The notes under the pieces were generated by a model. That model did no database searches, had not been told where the DNA came from, and saw only the letters and a program-made list of their open reading frames with translations. A stretch of 64,000 nucleotides of DNA from Azolla caroliniana (taxonomy: Eukaryota > Plantae > Polypodiophyta), in NCBI GenBank assembly GCA_043228905.1, contig JBHGNT010000014.1:16244001-16308000 (forward strand). Direction: 5' to 3'. This document shows positions 1 to 11,215 of the stretch, one piece after another. The translations under genes were made by a program, and so were the position numbers. Numbering within the stretch: position 1 is the stretch's first letter; each line of letters begins with the position of its first letter.

Positions 1-1
1 C

Positions 2-3000
2 TGTCCAGGAGAATCAGGTCGGGTTCGTCGTCGTGCCGCTTCTTGAAAGCTTTGATCCTCTTCCCGGCCACGGGTATCGCTATTCTCGTACCGTCGAGTT
101 CCGCCAGATGATACGTCCCGTTGTCGTTGGCGCTTTGTACCGTGTACGGCCCGAACCATCTCCGTGCGAACTTCCGCGTTGCTCGGTGCTGGTTGTCGAG
201 GCTGCTGTCGTAGACGAGCACCCAGTCACCTTGTTCGATCTTCTTCGGTCGGAGTCGGTGCGTCCGGTCGAACCTGGCTTTGTTCTTTATCCTCGCCACT
301 CGGATCCTTTCTGCAGCCGTCTCCACGTCCTCCGGTCTCCGTTCGAGTTGTCGTATACGCGCTGCCAACAACTCCTCCCGGCTCATCTCGTCCCTCCAGT
401 CGACCGTTGCCCATGAGGAGATTGTTCGTTCCATCGGCATGATCGGCCCCTGGCCGAACATGAGCTCTGTCGGCATGTACCCGGTTACCGAACTGTGCGT
501 AGTCCGGTCGGCCCACAAAGCATAAGGTAGAAGTCGCGGCCAGTTACCGACTTGGCCTCCGCATGCCCGAACCAGCGCTTTAACGATCGGCCCGTGTCCG
601 CGCTCCACCTTTCCATTCGCCTCCGGGTTGTACGCAGTGGTGAGCGAGAGTTTGACTCCCAGCCGATCGAACAGCTCCGCGGCTTCCTCGGCGTCCAACT
701 CCCCTCGGTCAGCCACGATCTTCCCGACGCACCCGTACCGGCATATCACATCCTCGATCAGGAACCGACACACGGCCGCGGTCGTCTTGTTCTGAAGGGC
801 TCGGCCTTCCACCTGGTTCGTCAGGTCTTCCCGCGCTAGGACCAGATACCGCATCTGTCCTACCCCCATCGGCATCGTCACCAGATCTACCATCCATTTG
901 AAATGGATGGCCGGAGGGTACGTAGGGTGAAGCTCGTCTCGATGTCGGACTATGGAGTGCATCTGGCAGCTCTCGCAAGTTGTCACGAACCGATGCACGT
1001 CCTGGTACAATCCCGGCCACCAGTACTTCCCCTTCAGCTTCTCAAATGTCGCCCACGTTCCACGGTGTCCAGCCCAAGGGCTGTCGTGGTAGGCCGCCAG
1101 TAGCTCCTCCTGTTCTTCCTTCATCGCCACCACCCGGAGCGGGACGCCGTTCCTCTTCTTCGGGTGCTTCCACAAATGCCCATCTCGGAGAAAGAATCGA
1201 TATGCTTTCTTCCGGATCCGGTTGGCCTCGTCCTTCGTCCATGACGCATCGGGCGTCATTGTCTTCAAAAACTCGCCGATCTGCAGCCACTCCCCGTCGT
1301 ACTTGCTCGCGTCGAACTCATTAAGCGCCGGAGTGCTCATCCCGTCGGTCGTTATGTATGCCGCCTCGAAGAAATCCACGCCGACTTCTTCGTCTTCCGA
1401 AACCATGCCGCCCTCGTCGTCGAACCTCGCCCTCGAAAGCATGTCGGCCATGGCGTTGTCTTTCCCGGAAATGTGTCGTATTTCCGGGTCCAGGGACTTG
1501 ATGTACGCTATCCACCTGAGCATCGCCAGGTCCGGAGTCGCGCATCCGGAAACCATACCGAGAATCGGCAGGCAATCCGTCTCGATGATCACTTCTGTCC
1601 CTATCAGGTAGTCTTTGTCGGCCTTAACCGCCGAAACAATACCCCAGAGTTCGCGTTTAACCTGGGCGTATCCTTGCTGCCGTTCACTGAGGACTTTCGC
1701 GCCGAATCGGATCGGAAACCGATTGCCGTCCTCGTCTTCCTGGTTCACGACCCATCCGATCCCGGTCGGACTGGTATCCACCGTTATGAATACCGGGGTA
1801 CCCTTCCCGTATACCGCCTTCCGGAGTGCCGGTGCCGCTGCAAGGGCCCCTTTCAGCTTCCGGACCGATTCCGCGTGCTCGTCTAGCCATTCGAACCTTC
1901 GCCCCTTTTTCAGCAACCCGTACAGTGGCTCCGCGACGTGTGCGTAATGCGGGATCCATATGTGGTAGAACGCGCATGCCCCCAGGAATCTCCGTACTTC
2001 CGTGACCGAGCTGCAGTCGGGCTTCATCGCGGAGATGGCTTCTACCTTTGCCGGAGACGGTTTCCGGCCATATGGTCCGCACAGGTGTCCGACCACCATG
2101 ATTTCTGACTGCCCGAAGGCCGACTTCTCCCCGGAGAAGGTGAGTCTCGCATCCTCTAGCCTTTGCAGCACCTTCTCGCAGTCGTCGATGTGCGCCGCCA
2201 CGAATCGCCGGCATCCGTCCGGCCCGATCGTCTCGTCCTTTTCTTCCACCGGGCATCCCTTGATCGGGATGTCGTCCAGAAACGGCATGGTGATGTCCGG
2301 GATGCAGTCCCTCAGAACCTTGTTCATCGCATTCACCATGTGGGCCACCGAGTTGGTCCCTCCTTGCGGCAGTGTACACATCCGAACTAGGCCGAGGGGA
2401 GTTCGCATCGTCGTAATGTCTCTGCTCTCCACGGCTAGCTGGAACTGGTCGTACCCTGAGTATAGATCCCCGACCGAGTAAATTGACCTTCCGGCGAAGG
2501 CCTCCGCGAACTCGTCTATGGTCGGTCCGATCCCTGCGTTCCGAATGGTCACTCGATTGACCGGCTGCAGGTCCTGGATGAAGCGCAACGAACCGTTTTT
2601 CTTCGGTACGGTAAACCATCGATTCGAATATGGGGCGCTCGACGGCTCGAGAATTCCCATATCAACTTTCTGCCTCAGCAGCTCCATCAACTTCGGGATG
2701 TGAGCTCTCGGAACCGGGATTGGTTTGAGATTCCATGGTACATGCGGTACCGTGAATATCACCATCGGCTCCACGATCGTCGGGTCAACGCACCCGATTT
2801 CCTCCGGCGAGAATGCGAAGGCTTTCCCGTGCCTTCCGAGCATTCTCCGAAACCGGTCTTCCTCCGCCGGCAGTAGGAACCCGCCCCCACCGATTTTGAG
2901 CTCTCGGAGCGTCTCGTCGGTGAAGGTGTGTCCTATGCAGGCCGGATCTCGTAGACTAGGGTCCGATGCAACCCCTTTGATTCTCGACGCGCTGTCCTCC

Positions 3001-3449
3001 GGTAAGGGTGCCGCGACTGGCCTTACCTTCCGGTCCACAGTCTTGTACTTGGTGCTTACGTGGGCCGTCCGAACCGACTCGAGCCCTCGACCGAAGTCCG
3101 CGATGACTTCGTACATCTCCTCGGAACACACCGGTATCGTCCGGTCTTCGTTAAGGCCTTCTTCGACTACCTTTCCCAGCATTCCCAAGGTGTCGTCGAA
3201 TGAGACCGCCTCCACGGCTCCGTTGATTTCCTCGTCAGGGCCGAGAACTCCGCACGCTCGAAGTCTCCCCTCCGCCTTTGTCTTCTCTCGGCCGCCGATG
3301 CCGGCTATCGTACACGCTCCGTTGCCGGAGAACAAAAATTCCCTACCTATGGTACAAGGTTTCTTCGGTTTTATCGTACAGGTGTGGGGTTTTCCCGGGG
3401 TGTCCGGACTGTCGCGGCCCCACGCCTTGGCAGCCCTCTCTAAAAATCC
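2..3449 (-). CDS. Element A pol (RT-RNase H-integrase), in the -1 frame relative to gag-PR; open to the window edge
   Basis: Frame is consistent from the GGATTTT site (3449-3443) to position 2 (...AFKKRHDDEPDL). The ORF track reports no stop-terminated ORF in this frame. Motifs: MPFLDDIP (RT), TVDTSP...ADMLSR (RH), H-H-C-C zinc finger, WMVDL / VADRG / VERGH (INT), WFGPY. Confidence 0.85.
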
Positions 3450-5566
3450 TCTCGGTTATCGGAACCGAGGGAGTCGCGGTTACGCTCGTGGTTCGGCCTA
3501 ACCGTCAAAAACTGGACCGAATGGCGCCCGTCCTGGCTCTTGACCCGCGCATAGGCCGAACCATTGTCCAGCACCTTGGTCTCCATTCGCGCCGCCGTGA
3601 TGTACGGCTCTCCCAGTATGACCGGATGCGAGGACGTCTCCTGCACGAAGAAGTGCTGGTCAATCTCGACGTCGCCGATCTTGACTCGCACATTCGGACA
3701 GGCCCCGTGCAGTTCCTCGGTGGCGCGCGTTGCTGCCCTTATTTTCCACCCGTGCTTGGTGTTGATCGGCCATTTGCCCTTCTTATAGAAGTCCATGGAC
3801 ATCAAATTGATCTCCGATCCGTGGTCTACCAAAGCTATCACCGGTTCCTGGACATCGCCGATCTTCACCGGGGTTTCCGTGGTCGCTCGGGCCCAGTGCG
3901 GTCTCGAATAGTGGCTTTCCGCCCACTCGTCTCCCAGCGCCATGTCGTCTAGGTGCGTCGTCCGTACTTCCACCGGTCTTTCCGGTTCTGTCTCCGTTGA
4001 CAGCCTCTTCCGTTTCACCAAGTCCACGATGGAGTCGTGGAACTCCTTCTTGGCGATTCCCAGCACCTCCCGTAGCGACAGCTCCACCTTGCTGTCGAGG
4101 ATCCGTTCCTCCAGGACCTTTCGTAAGTCCGTGGTTCTTTCTATCTCCGTCCCCAGACGGTACCCGCCCTTCTGGGGTTTATCTTGCGTACCGGCCCCGC
4201 CGGCTTCGTCCCGTCGTGGCCCGGACCGGGTCTCGTATCGTTGTGAGGGCCCGGTCGTCCCGGGTTTCCCCACCCGCTTCTCTTCTACCAGAGCCTCGTA
4301 GTTCCGGCAAGCGGCTTCCACGAAGCCCGTCTTTTCCTCGACCGGGTCGCTCCACCCGGTCATCTCCCGTACCCGTTTCTCCGCACGGTCCGATTCCTCC
4401 CTCTTCATCCTCGTATCGGCAAGGCCTTCCAGCACCGTCGGCCAGAATCCGGCTTTGCTTCCTCTTCGGGCCTCGTTGCCCCCGACTCGAATACCGGCCG
4501 ACGCCGAGTAGTGGACGGTTTCCGCATGTCGGGCCGCCGCCTCTTCCATCAACCTCTTCATTCCGCCTCGCCCGTCGTTTCGGTTTAGGGCCCTTCTCGT
4601 GTCGTTGGCGTGAACCCGGCCTTCCCATAGGTATACCACCCGGTTCTTCAGCGCCTCTGCGAAATCGCCGCAGTCTTTTCGGATGTGGCCGACCCCGTCG
4701 CACCACATGCACCTGTTCCCTGCCGCCGGCCGTCGGTCACGAGCAGGTCCTCCGCCTTCTCTGCGGGCTTGTGCGATTTGGAGGTCTTTTATCGCCCTCG
4801 TCAGTTCCTCCAACGCAGCTCCTCCAGTCGTGCCTCTGATCACGCCGGTCGGAGCTGAACCGGATTCCAGCCACTCCCGAGTCTCTTCCCTTCGCACCGG
4901 CTGCGCCAGCTCGAGTATCCTCGCCGCGACTGAGCCCGACCCGGTTGCTCTGTCATCCTCCCATTCTCGCCGTTTGTCGAAACGACCGCAGGCTCTCTTG
5001 ACCGCCGCCCAGTCGGCTGTCAGCCCGTCTTCGGTTTCTAGCAGGGCGCCCACGTGACTCCGATCCCTCTCGTCAACCGATTTGACGAACAGCAGGACCC
5101 GGCTTGTATCCAGGACCATCCTGTCAAGCGCCGAAAGGCGCGCGAAGTTCTCCTCGAACTCCCGGAGGAGTGCCGACGCATTCCTTCCTTTCCCGGGAGA
5201 CTCCACCCACTCCATGAAGCTTCGCTTCGAAAGCCGGAGCGCGTCGTCCAGTCCGTATTTTTCCAGGAGCCGACCTTCGAACTCCTCCCAGGTACGGCTC
5301 TCCGCCCGCACCTCGAGCACCTCCGCGTGGATGCTCGGCATCGCCACTCGGGGAAAACCGGCAAGACGCCTGTCTTCCGGAATGTCCCGCATTAACATTT
5401 CCGCACCGTAGGACGCCAGGTACTTCGTGGCATCTTTTCCGGTGAATCGACCGATCGTTCCGACGACCGCCTCAATAGCTCTATCGAGGGCGCCGGTGCC
5501 CTCGCGCGCGCTTACTATCCGATCCACGGCCGAAGCCATGGCCTCTGCAAGATCCGCCCCCTTCAT
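3440..5566 (-). CDS. Element A Gag-protease polyprotein (708 aa)
   Basis: Intact ORF with CCHC knuckle CMWCDGVGHIRKDC and a C-terminal aspartic-protease-like domain ALVDHGSEINLM...VILGEPY. Confidence 0.9.
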   Translation of the reverse strand: MKGADLAEAMASAVDRIVSAREGTGALDRAIEAVVGTIGRFTGKDATKYLASYGAEMLMRDIPEDRRLAGFPRVAMPSIHAEVLEVRAESRTWEEFEGRLLEKYGLDDALRLSKRSFMEWVESPGKGRNASALLREFEENFARLSALDRMVLDTSRVLLFVKSVDERDRSHVGALLETEDGLTADWAAVKRACGRFDKRREWEDDRATGSGSVAARILELAQPVRREETREWLESGSAPTGVIRGTTGGAALEELTRAIKDLQIAQARREGGGPARDRRPAAGNRCMWCDGVGHIRKDCGDFAEALKNRVVYLWEGRVHANDTRRALNRNDGRGGMKRLMEEAAARHAETVHYSASAGIRVGGNEARRGSKAGFWPTVLEGLADTRMKREESDRAEKRVREMTGWSDPVEEKTGFVEAACRNYEALVEEKRVGKPGTTGPSQRYETRSGPRRDEAGGAGTQDKPQKGGYRLGTEIERTTDLRKVLEERILDSKVELSLREVLGIAKKEFHDSIVDLVKRKRLSTETEPERPVEVRTTHLDDMALGDEWAESHYSRPHWARATTETPVKIGDVQEPVIALVDHGSEINLMSMDFYKKGKWPINTKHGWKIRAATRATEELHGACPNVRVKIGDVEIDQHFFVQETSSHPVILGEPYITAARMETKVLDNGSAYARVKSQDGRHSVQFLTVRPNHERNRDSLGSDNREDF

Positions 5567-5588
5567 TTCCTACTCTTCTGCCGCCTCT

Positions 5589-5606
5589 TTCACGTCGGGT
5601 TCACCA
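5589..5606 (-). promoter_or_regulatory. Primer-binding site, tRNA-Trp (element A)
   Basis: TGGTGAACCCGACGTGAA lies 3 nt after the LTR and is complementary to the plant tRNA-Trp 3' end as I recall it (...UUCACGUCGGGUUCACCA). Confidence 0.85.
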
Positions 5607-5609
5607 AGA

Positions 5610-6304
5610 TGTGGGGTTTGCTACGCCCTTGCGTGCAGAAAGGAGGAGGGACCACGGGGGTCTTGGACCGAAGAGCAAGAGAGAGAGGAGTAAGAGAGAG
5701 AGACCCGATTACACAGAACCGAAGATTGCATAGGGACACGGCCCAACAAACAGAGATCACAAATAAACGCCGACGCAGATGGACGCAACAACGAAAGATA
5801 TGTACTTATGAATGCAAGAAAATAACAGACTAAAGTATTACAACCCACGGTGGGGCACGAAATAGATACTAACGAAAACGAACAGGGCGGCGAACAGATG
5901 CCGACCCCTGTATGTCGCGACGCACAGAAAGGGAAAACAGGTCGGAGGTGCTGCAGGACGCGCTCGGGGCGTTCCACGGAACAGCGCAAGCCTCCTCGAA
6001 ACCTGCACAGGTACGCGATGGAGCAGTAGACAGAGAAGGCAGGAGTGAGAGAGAAGCTCCGAAATCGGTTCGGCAGCACTTCGTCCTCTCCGCGCGAGAT
6101 ACCCCACTTCTAGTCTTCCTCCTCCTTTTATAGCCCGTCAAGAGGCCGTTTGGCATTAACTGCATACCAACCGAATCTACCCACCTAGGATCCTCGTATG
6201 TACCTACTTCGACCTTAGGTACTTCTTGGCGCGCGTGTGTGTGTAGAGCCGTTTCCCACGCCTTGTTCCTCCGATTCCTCTTGTGGGCGGTTTTCTTCAC
6301 GACA
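5610..6304 (-). repeat. 5' LTR of element A (695 bp)
   Basis: TG...CA termini and TATAAAAGGAGG box; shares its terminus and internal blocks with the LTRs of B. Confidence 0.9.
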
Positions 6305-7379
6305 CCGTGTTGGTACAACAGTCCCCGATCCTTAGTGCCGCTCACTTATCGTAGTAGTCGATGCGCGCACTGAAGGTGCTTGACGGTCGATCACTACATG
6401 AATTGGCTAATCACTCAGATTGGATAACTAATGTCGGGTTAGGTGATAGTAAGGTATATGGGGCTTCCGATAATTTGTCGTAACTGTTTCTCATCGCAAG
6501 ACGCTCCTGAGTCGGGACGTAGCTTCAGGTTCTGGTCAGGAGGAGTGGAGACAGGTCGGCAATCCGTCATGCCGAACTTGAACAACATATTCAATACATA
6601 ATGTCGTTGAGACAACAATATGTCATTGGGGTGTGTATCATTTTGATCCTGAGGAAGTAGTGAAGGTCTCCTAGGTCCTTCATCTCAAATGCATCCGACA
6701 ATTGGGACTTGACTCGACCGATTTCAGCGAGGTCGGGTCCAGTGACAACTTGCAGTGACAACCAAGTTGTCGACATATAGTAGAATGCATACCAGACCTT
6801 TTGGGCCCTTCCGTTGAACAATGATGAGTCGGACTTGGAGGCCGCAAACCCCATCTTACGCAATCGGTGCGCAATCTTCGAATTCCAAGCACGGGGGGCT
6901 TGCTTTAGGTCATAAAGCGACTTCTTCAGTCAACATATTGTTGACTTGTTCACCTCTGACTGAAATCTAGGAGGCTGGATCATGTAAACTTGTTCTTGAA
7001 GGTCTCCTCGAAGAAACCAATTCTTCACATTCATTTGGTGAAGATGCCACCGCCTCGTCGTTGTGACTGCTAGCACCACACGAACCGTCGTCATCTTCGC
7101 CACCGGGGCTAAGGTCTCATCGTAGTCGATTTTGTGGGTTTGCGCGTATCCTTTGGCCACTAGGCGGGCGCGTTGTACCGATCGACCGAACCGTTGGCAT
7201 TATACTTCACCTTATATACCCATTTGCACTTGATCGGTTTGCAATGTCGAGGTGGGTCAACTAGGTCCCATGTGTCGTTGGCATTGAATGCCCACATTTC
7301 TTCCTCCATAGGGGCAAACCAATTTGCGTCTCTCGCCGCTTCTACATAGCTCTCTGGCTCACACACTTTTGCCACCTTT
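6305..7379 (-). pseudogene. Copia reverse transcriptase (element D), frameshifted
   Basis: Motifs EPESYVEA, CKWVYKVK, AKGYAQ...IDYDETLAPVAK, LHQMNVKN, FEMKDLGDLHYFL, split across frames. Confidence 0.92.
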
Positions 7380-7814
7380 TGTCATGATATGTCAAGACTC
7401 GACCCCATGACCTTATGCTACATGGGTCGAGCTCTTGACCATTAGACCATACATTGTAATACGTGGAATATTATTTTCATTTATGTTTTATTATAGAAAA
7501 TTGATGTATATTCCAGATTTCTCTGGAACATTCTAGAAATTTCAGGAGTATTCCTTAGAACACTATAAAAGGAGGCACGAGGCATTATTTCGAACCAAAT
7601 CGGTTCAACGCCAGTCTTAAGCCTCCTAGCTACTATTGTACATTCTCTTGACATAATATATATCTTTTCTTATCATCTATCTCTCTCTCTCTCTCGATCT
7701 CTCTCTCCCTCCCTCTCACTCACTCTTTCCTTCTCTCGAGAGTTCTTCACCTCTCTTAGTACTAATACTTCTTTTAGTACTAATTCCTTCTCTGTCTTAG
7801 TACTGTTCCTGACA
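7380..7814 (+). repeat. 5' LTR of element C (435 bp)
   Basis: Direct repeat of 18620-19053 (6 substitutions + 1 indel by hand count); TATAAAA at 7564-7570. Confidence 0.95.
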
Positions 7815-7816
7815 GT

Positions 7817-7828
7817 TTGAACCGATTT
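7817..7828 (+). promoter_or_regulatory. Self-priming PBS of element C
   Basis: TTGAACCGATTT is the exact reverse complement of LTR 7597-7608, about 30 nt downstream of the TATA box; no TGG tRNA PBS is present. Confidence 0.8.
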
Positions 7829-7895
7829 CTGGTCGATCTTCCTTTCCTCCTTTTCCTTTTATCTTCTTATTAATCCTCTTATCCTCCCTAGTAAA

Positions 7896-9073
7896 ATGGA
7901 AACTATTAGCGCTCAGGAATACCAATCTGTTTTCTCGGAGCTCCAATGCTTAAAAGAGAAATTTGTAGCACTAGAACAAGAAAATCATCGCTTGTTGGGG
8001 GATCTTCAACAAATAGCGCTGGAAAAACAACAACACGGGGAGCTGACACTACTCGAAGCGACTAGGGTTTAGGGTTTAGGGTTTAGGGTTTAGTACAACA
8101 ACTCGAAGCGACTATCATATCATTACAACAACAAGGATCAAGCACTCAAGGGATTCACAAAGAACCCAAGATCGGTCTTCCTGCAAAATTTGATGGGACC
8201 CGATCACAGTTTAGAGGGTTTTTGAATCAGGTACGTTTAGTGATACAAATGCATCCTTCTCGATATCCCACCAATGCATCACAAGTGGGACTAGTAGGCA
8301 CTCTCCTTAGTGGCTCAGCGTTAGCATGGTTTGCTCCATTGTTGGAAAAGGATTCTCCATTATTAAACAGTTTTGAAGAATTTATAAGTGAGTTTAAGGC
8401 CTGTTTTGGAGATACTGACAGCATAAGGACTGCAATCAACAAAATCCGGCGATTACGCCAAGGTGATCGTCCAGCTTCCGCATACGCTGCAGATTTCCGC
8501 CTACTCGTTGTCGATATCCCTTGGGATGATCACGCATTGATGGAGCAATTCCGTTATGGCTTACACAACGATGTCAAGGATTTACTCTTGACCTTCCCCG
8601 AAGAGCCAAAGTCATTAACATAAGCAATTAGTTGTGCGGTGAGATGCGACAACCACCTCTTCGAACGACGTTCGGAACGACAATTCCGGATTCCGAGGGC
8701 AAGATCAGAAACTACCTATGCCTCAGTGGTAGCGAAACCTTTTCCGAGGGAGTCATATAATGTGCCTCCAGCAAGTACTCCAACTCCGAAGGAAATTGAC
8801 ACCACACATCGTCGTGGACCGCTATCGGAAGAAGAAAAGCAACGACGCCGAGCAAACCGACTATGTCTTTATTGCGGTGGACCAGGGCATATCGCGGTAA
8901 ACTGTCCCCATAGGCCAAGAAGGCAGGTAAACCAAATAGTTGCCAGTTCTGATTGTACTAAACCCGAGTCTATTTCAGTAGGGATATTTGATAGTCCTAA
9001 TAGTACTAATAGCCCAAATCTAGCGAACAAATTTGATGTCCTTAGTCAGTTAGAAGAAGAGTTAAACGACTAA
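7896..9073 (+). pseudogene. Element C gag (frameshifted by a telomeric insertion; premature TAA at 8621-8623)
   Basis: METISAQE...LPAKFDG...CLYCGGPGHIAVNC zinc knuckle; removing 50 bp at 8051-8100 restores the frame. Confidence 0.88.
8063..8093 (+). repeat. Interstitial telomeric repeat (TTTAGGG)~4
   Basis: TAGGGTTTAGGGTTTAGGGTTTAGGGTTTAG flanked by duplicated ACTCGAAGCGACTA. Confidence 0.9.
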
Positions 9074-11215
9074 GTCCAGCCAAAATAGGAGCCATTTGGT
9101 TGGACAGCCCTAGATCTGTGCAACCCATTAGTGGTTCCATTCCCTCTAAGCAAGTTAGCAATGTGTTCGTAGCCCAAGTAACAGTTAGTACTAAAAGTAC
9201 TCCTCCAGTACATGTCTTAACACTTCTAGATTCCGGAGCTAATTCTTGCTTCATGGATAGGAAATTTGCCCAAGCTCATCAGATATCTCTCAGAAAACTC
9301 CTGTGTCCTGCCCTTGTAGTAGTCGTCGATGGTCGTCCCATTGCCTCAGGAAATATCATAGAAGAGTCAGAGCCCGTTAATATTGTCCTAGATAATCTAG
9401 CATGTGTCATATCATTTAATATAATTAGCATCCCAGAACACCCCATTGTCTTAGGATTACCATGGTTCGAATTACATAACCCAGACATAGATTGGCGGAC
9501 AAGAGAAATCTACTCATGAGATTGCAACGATTTCACTACATCAGTTGCGTGAGGAAGGATGCAAAGAAGAAATGTTCCTCTTCGCAATATCAGTAAAACC
9601 CTCCAGCACCACTAAAGAAGAATCCACCGTTCAACTTCCAGAGAAGTATCGTCAATATGCCGATGTGTTTGATAAAGTACAAGCCAGTACACTTCCTCAC
9701 CATCGATCATATGATTGCCCCATCGATTTACAACCGGGGAAAGAGCCACCTTGGGGACCGATCTACAATCTGTCACCAACCGAACTGAAGTCCTTCGTGC
9801 CTATATAGAGGAGAATTTGGAGAATGGTTTCATATGACATTCGAAATCTCCAGCCGGCGCACCCATTTTTTTCGTCAAGAAAAAGGATGGCTCACTTCGG
9901 CTCGTTATAGATTACCGTGGCTTGAATAAGGTTACAATCCGAAATAGGTATGCACTCCCCCTTATCTCAAGTCTTTTAGAACGGATCAATGGTGCCAGGT
10001 TCTTCACGAAGATCGCCTATAACCTCGTACGGATCCGACCAGGAGATGAATGGAAGACCGCGTTCCGCACCAGATATGAGCACTTCGAGTATACGGTCAT
10101 GCCGTTCGGCCTCACTAATGCGCCAGCAGTCTTCCAACACATGGCAAATGGTATTTTCCGAGATCTCTTGGATGTGTGTCTAATCATCTATTTGGATGAT
10201 CTACTGGTTTACTCGAAGACCCAAGAAGAGCATGATTCTCATGTACTGTTAGTACTAAAACGACTTCGAGAACATGGTCTTTATGCAAAGCTGGAAAAAT
10301 GTAGTTTCGGGTGCAACCAAGTGGAATTTCTCGGATATGTCATTTCCTCAGAAGGCATCTCCATGGACCCAGCTAAGGTCAAAACGGTGGTAGAATGGCA
10401 GACTCCGCGTTCGGTGCGGGATGTGCAATGCTTTCTAGGCTTTGCCAATTTTTACCGGAAGTTTATAAAGGATTACTCAAAGCTCGTTTTGCCTCTTACA
10501 CAACTTACTAGGAAGGGACAATCATTCGTTTGGTCTGAAGAAGCGGACGTGGCTTCTGAGAATCTTAAACAAGCATTTACATCGGCTCTGATTCTAGCTC
10601 ACGTTGATCCAGAAAAACCATTCATCATCGAAGCGGACGCATCGGATTTTGCATTGGGAAGCATTCTATCACAACGAGGTAATGATGAGAAGCTACATCC
10701 TGTGGCTTTTCACTCACGCAAGTTTGACGCCGCCGAAATCAACTACGAAATTCATGATAAAGAGCTATTGGCTATAGTGGACTCTTTTATGCAATGGAGG
10801 CATTTTCTAGAGGGATCTTCTCATCAAGACACTGTATTCAGTGACCACAAAAACCTCGCCTATTTTCAAGACGCTCGTGTGTTAAATCGACGTCAAGCTC
10901 GGTGGGCCCATTTTCTCACGCGTTTCGACTTCAAGATTACATATCGACCTGGGAAGCATCAAGGGAAAGCAGATGCATTATCACGACGTTCGTACCTAGC
11001 ACCGCGTCCCGGCGAGCCAACTTTCGATAACCAAAAGCAAGTAATCTTGGGACCGGCACGACTACAAGCAACACAGGTCTTTGGCATGCCCATGGATTCC
11101 CACGTTATCGATACCATACGTGCAGACCTGAAGACAGATGCTTTCACCCAAGCTATACTAGCACAAATTGATCCCTCTCGAGCGTCGTGTTCACAGTCGC
11201 AACCACCAGGTACGG
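9064..11215 (+). pseudogene. Element C pol, 5' part (PR-RT-RNase H), with several frameshifts and stops
   Basis: LLDSGANSCF, VLGLPW, KTAFRT...MPFGLTNAP, IYLDD, FLGFANFYRKFI, EADASD, YEIHDKELLA, ADALSR. Confidence 0.93.

Larger units (their letters stand above)
1..6304 (-). mobile_element. Element A: Ty3/gypsy LTR retrotransposon (non-chromovirus, tRNA-Trp primed, possibly Phygy/Selgy-like); 3' end lies outside the window
   Basis: LTR TGTCGTGAAG...CCACA (6304-5610), Trp PBS, then gag-PR ORF followed by RT-RH-INT order. Closely similar to element B throughout. Interrupts the copia pol of element D at 6305. Confidence 0.95.
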
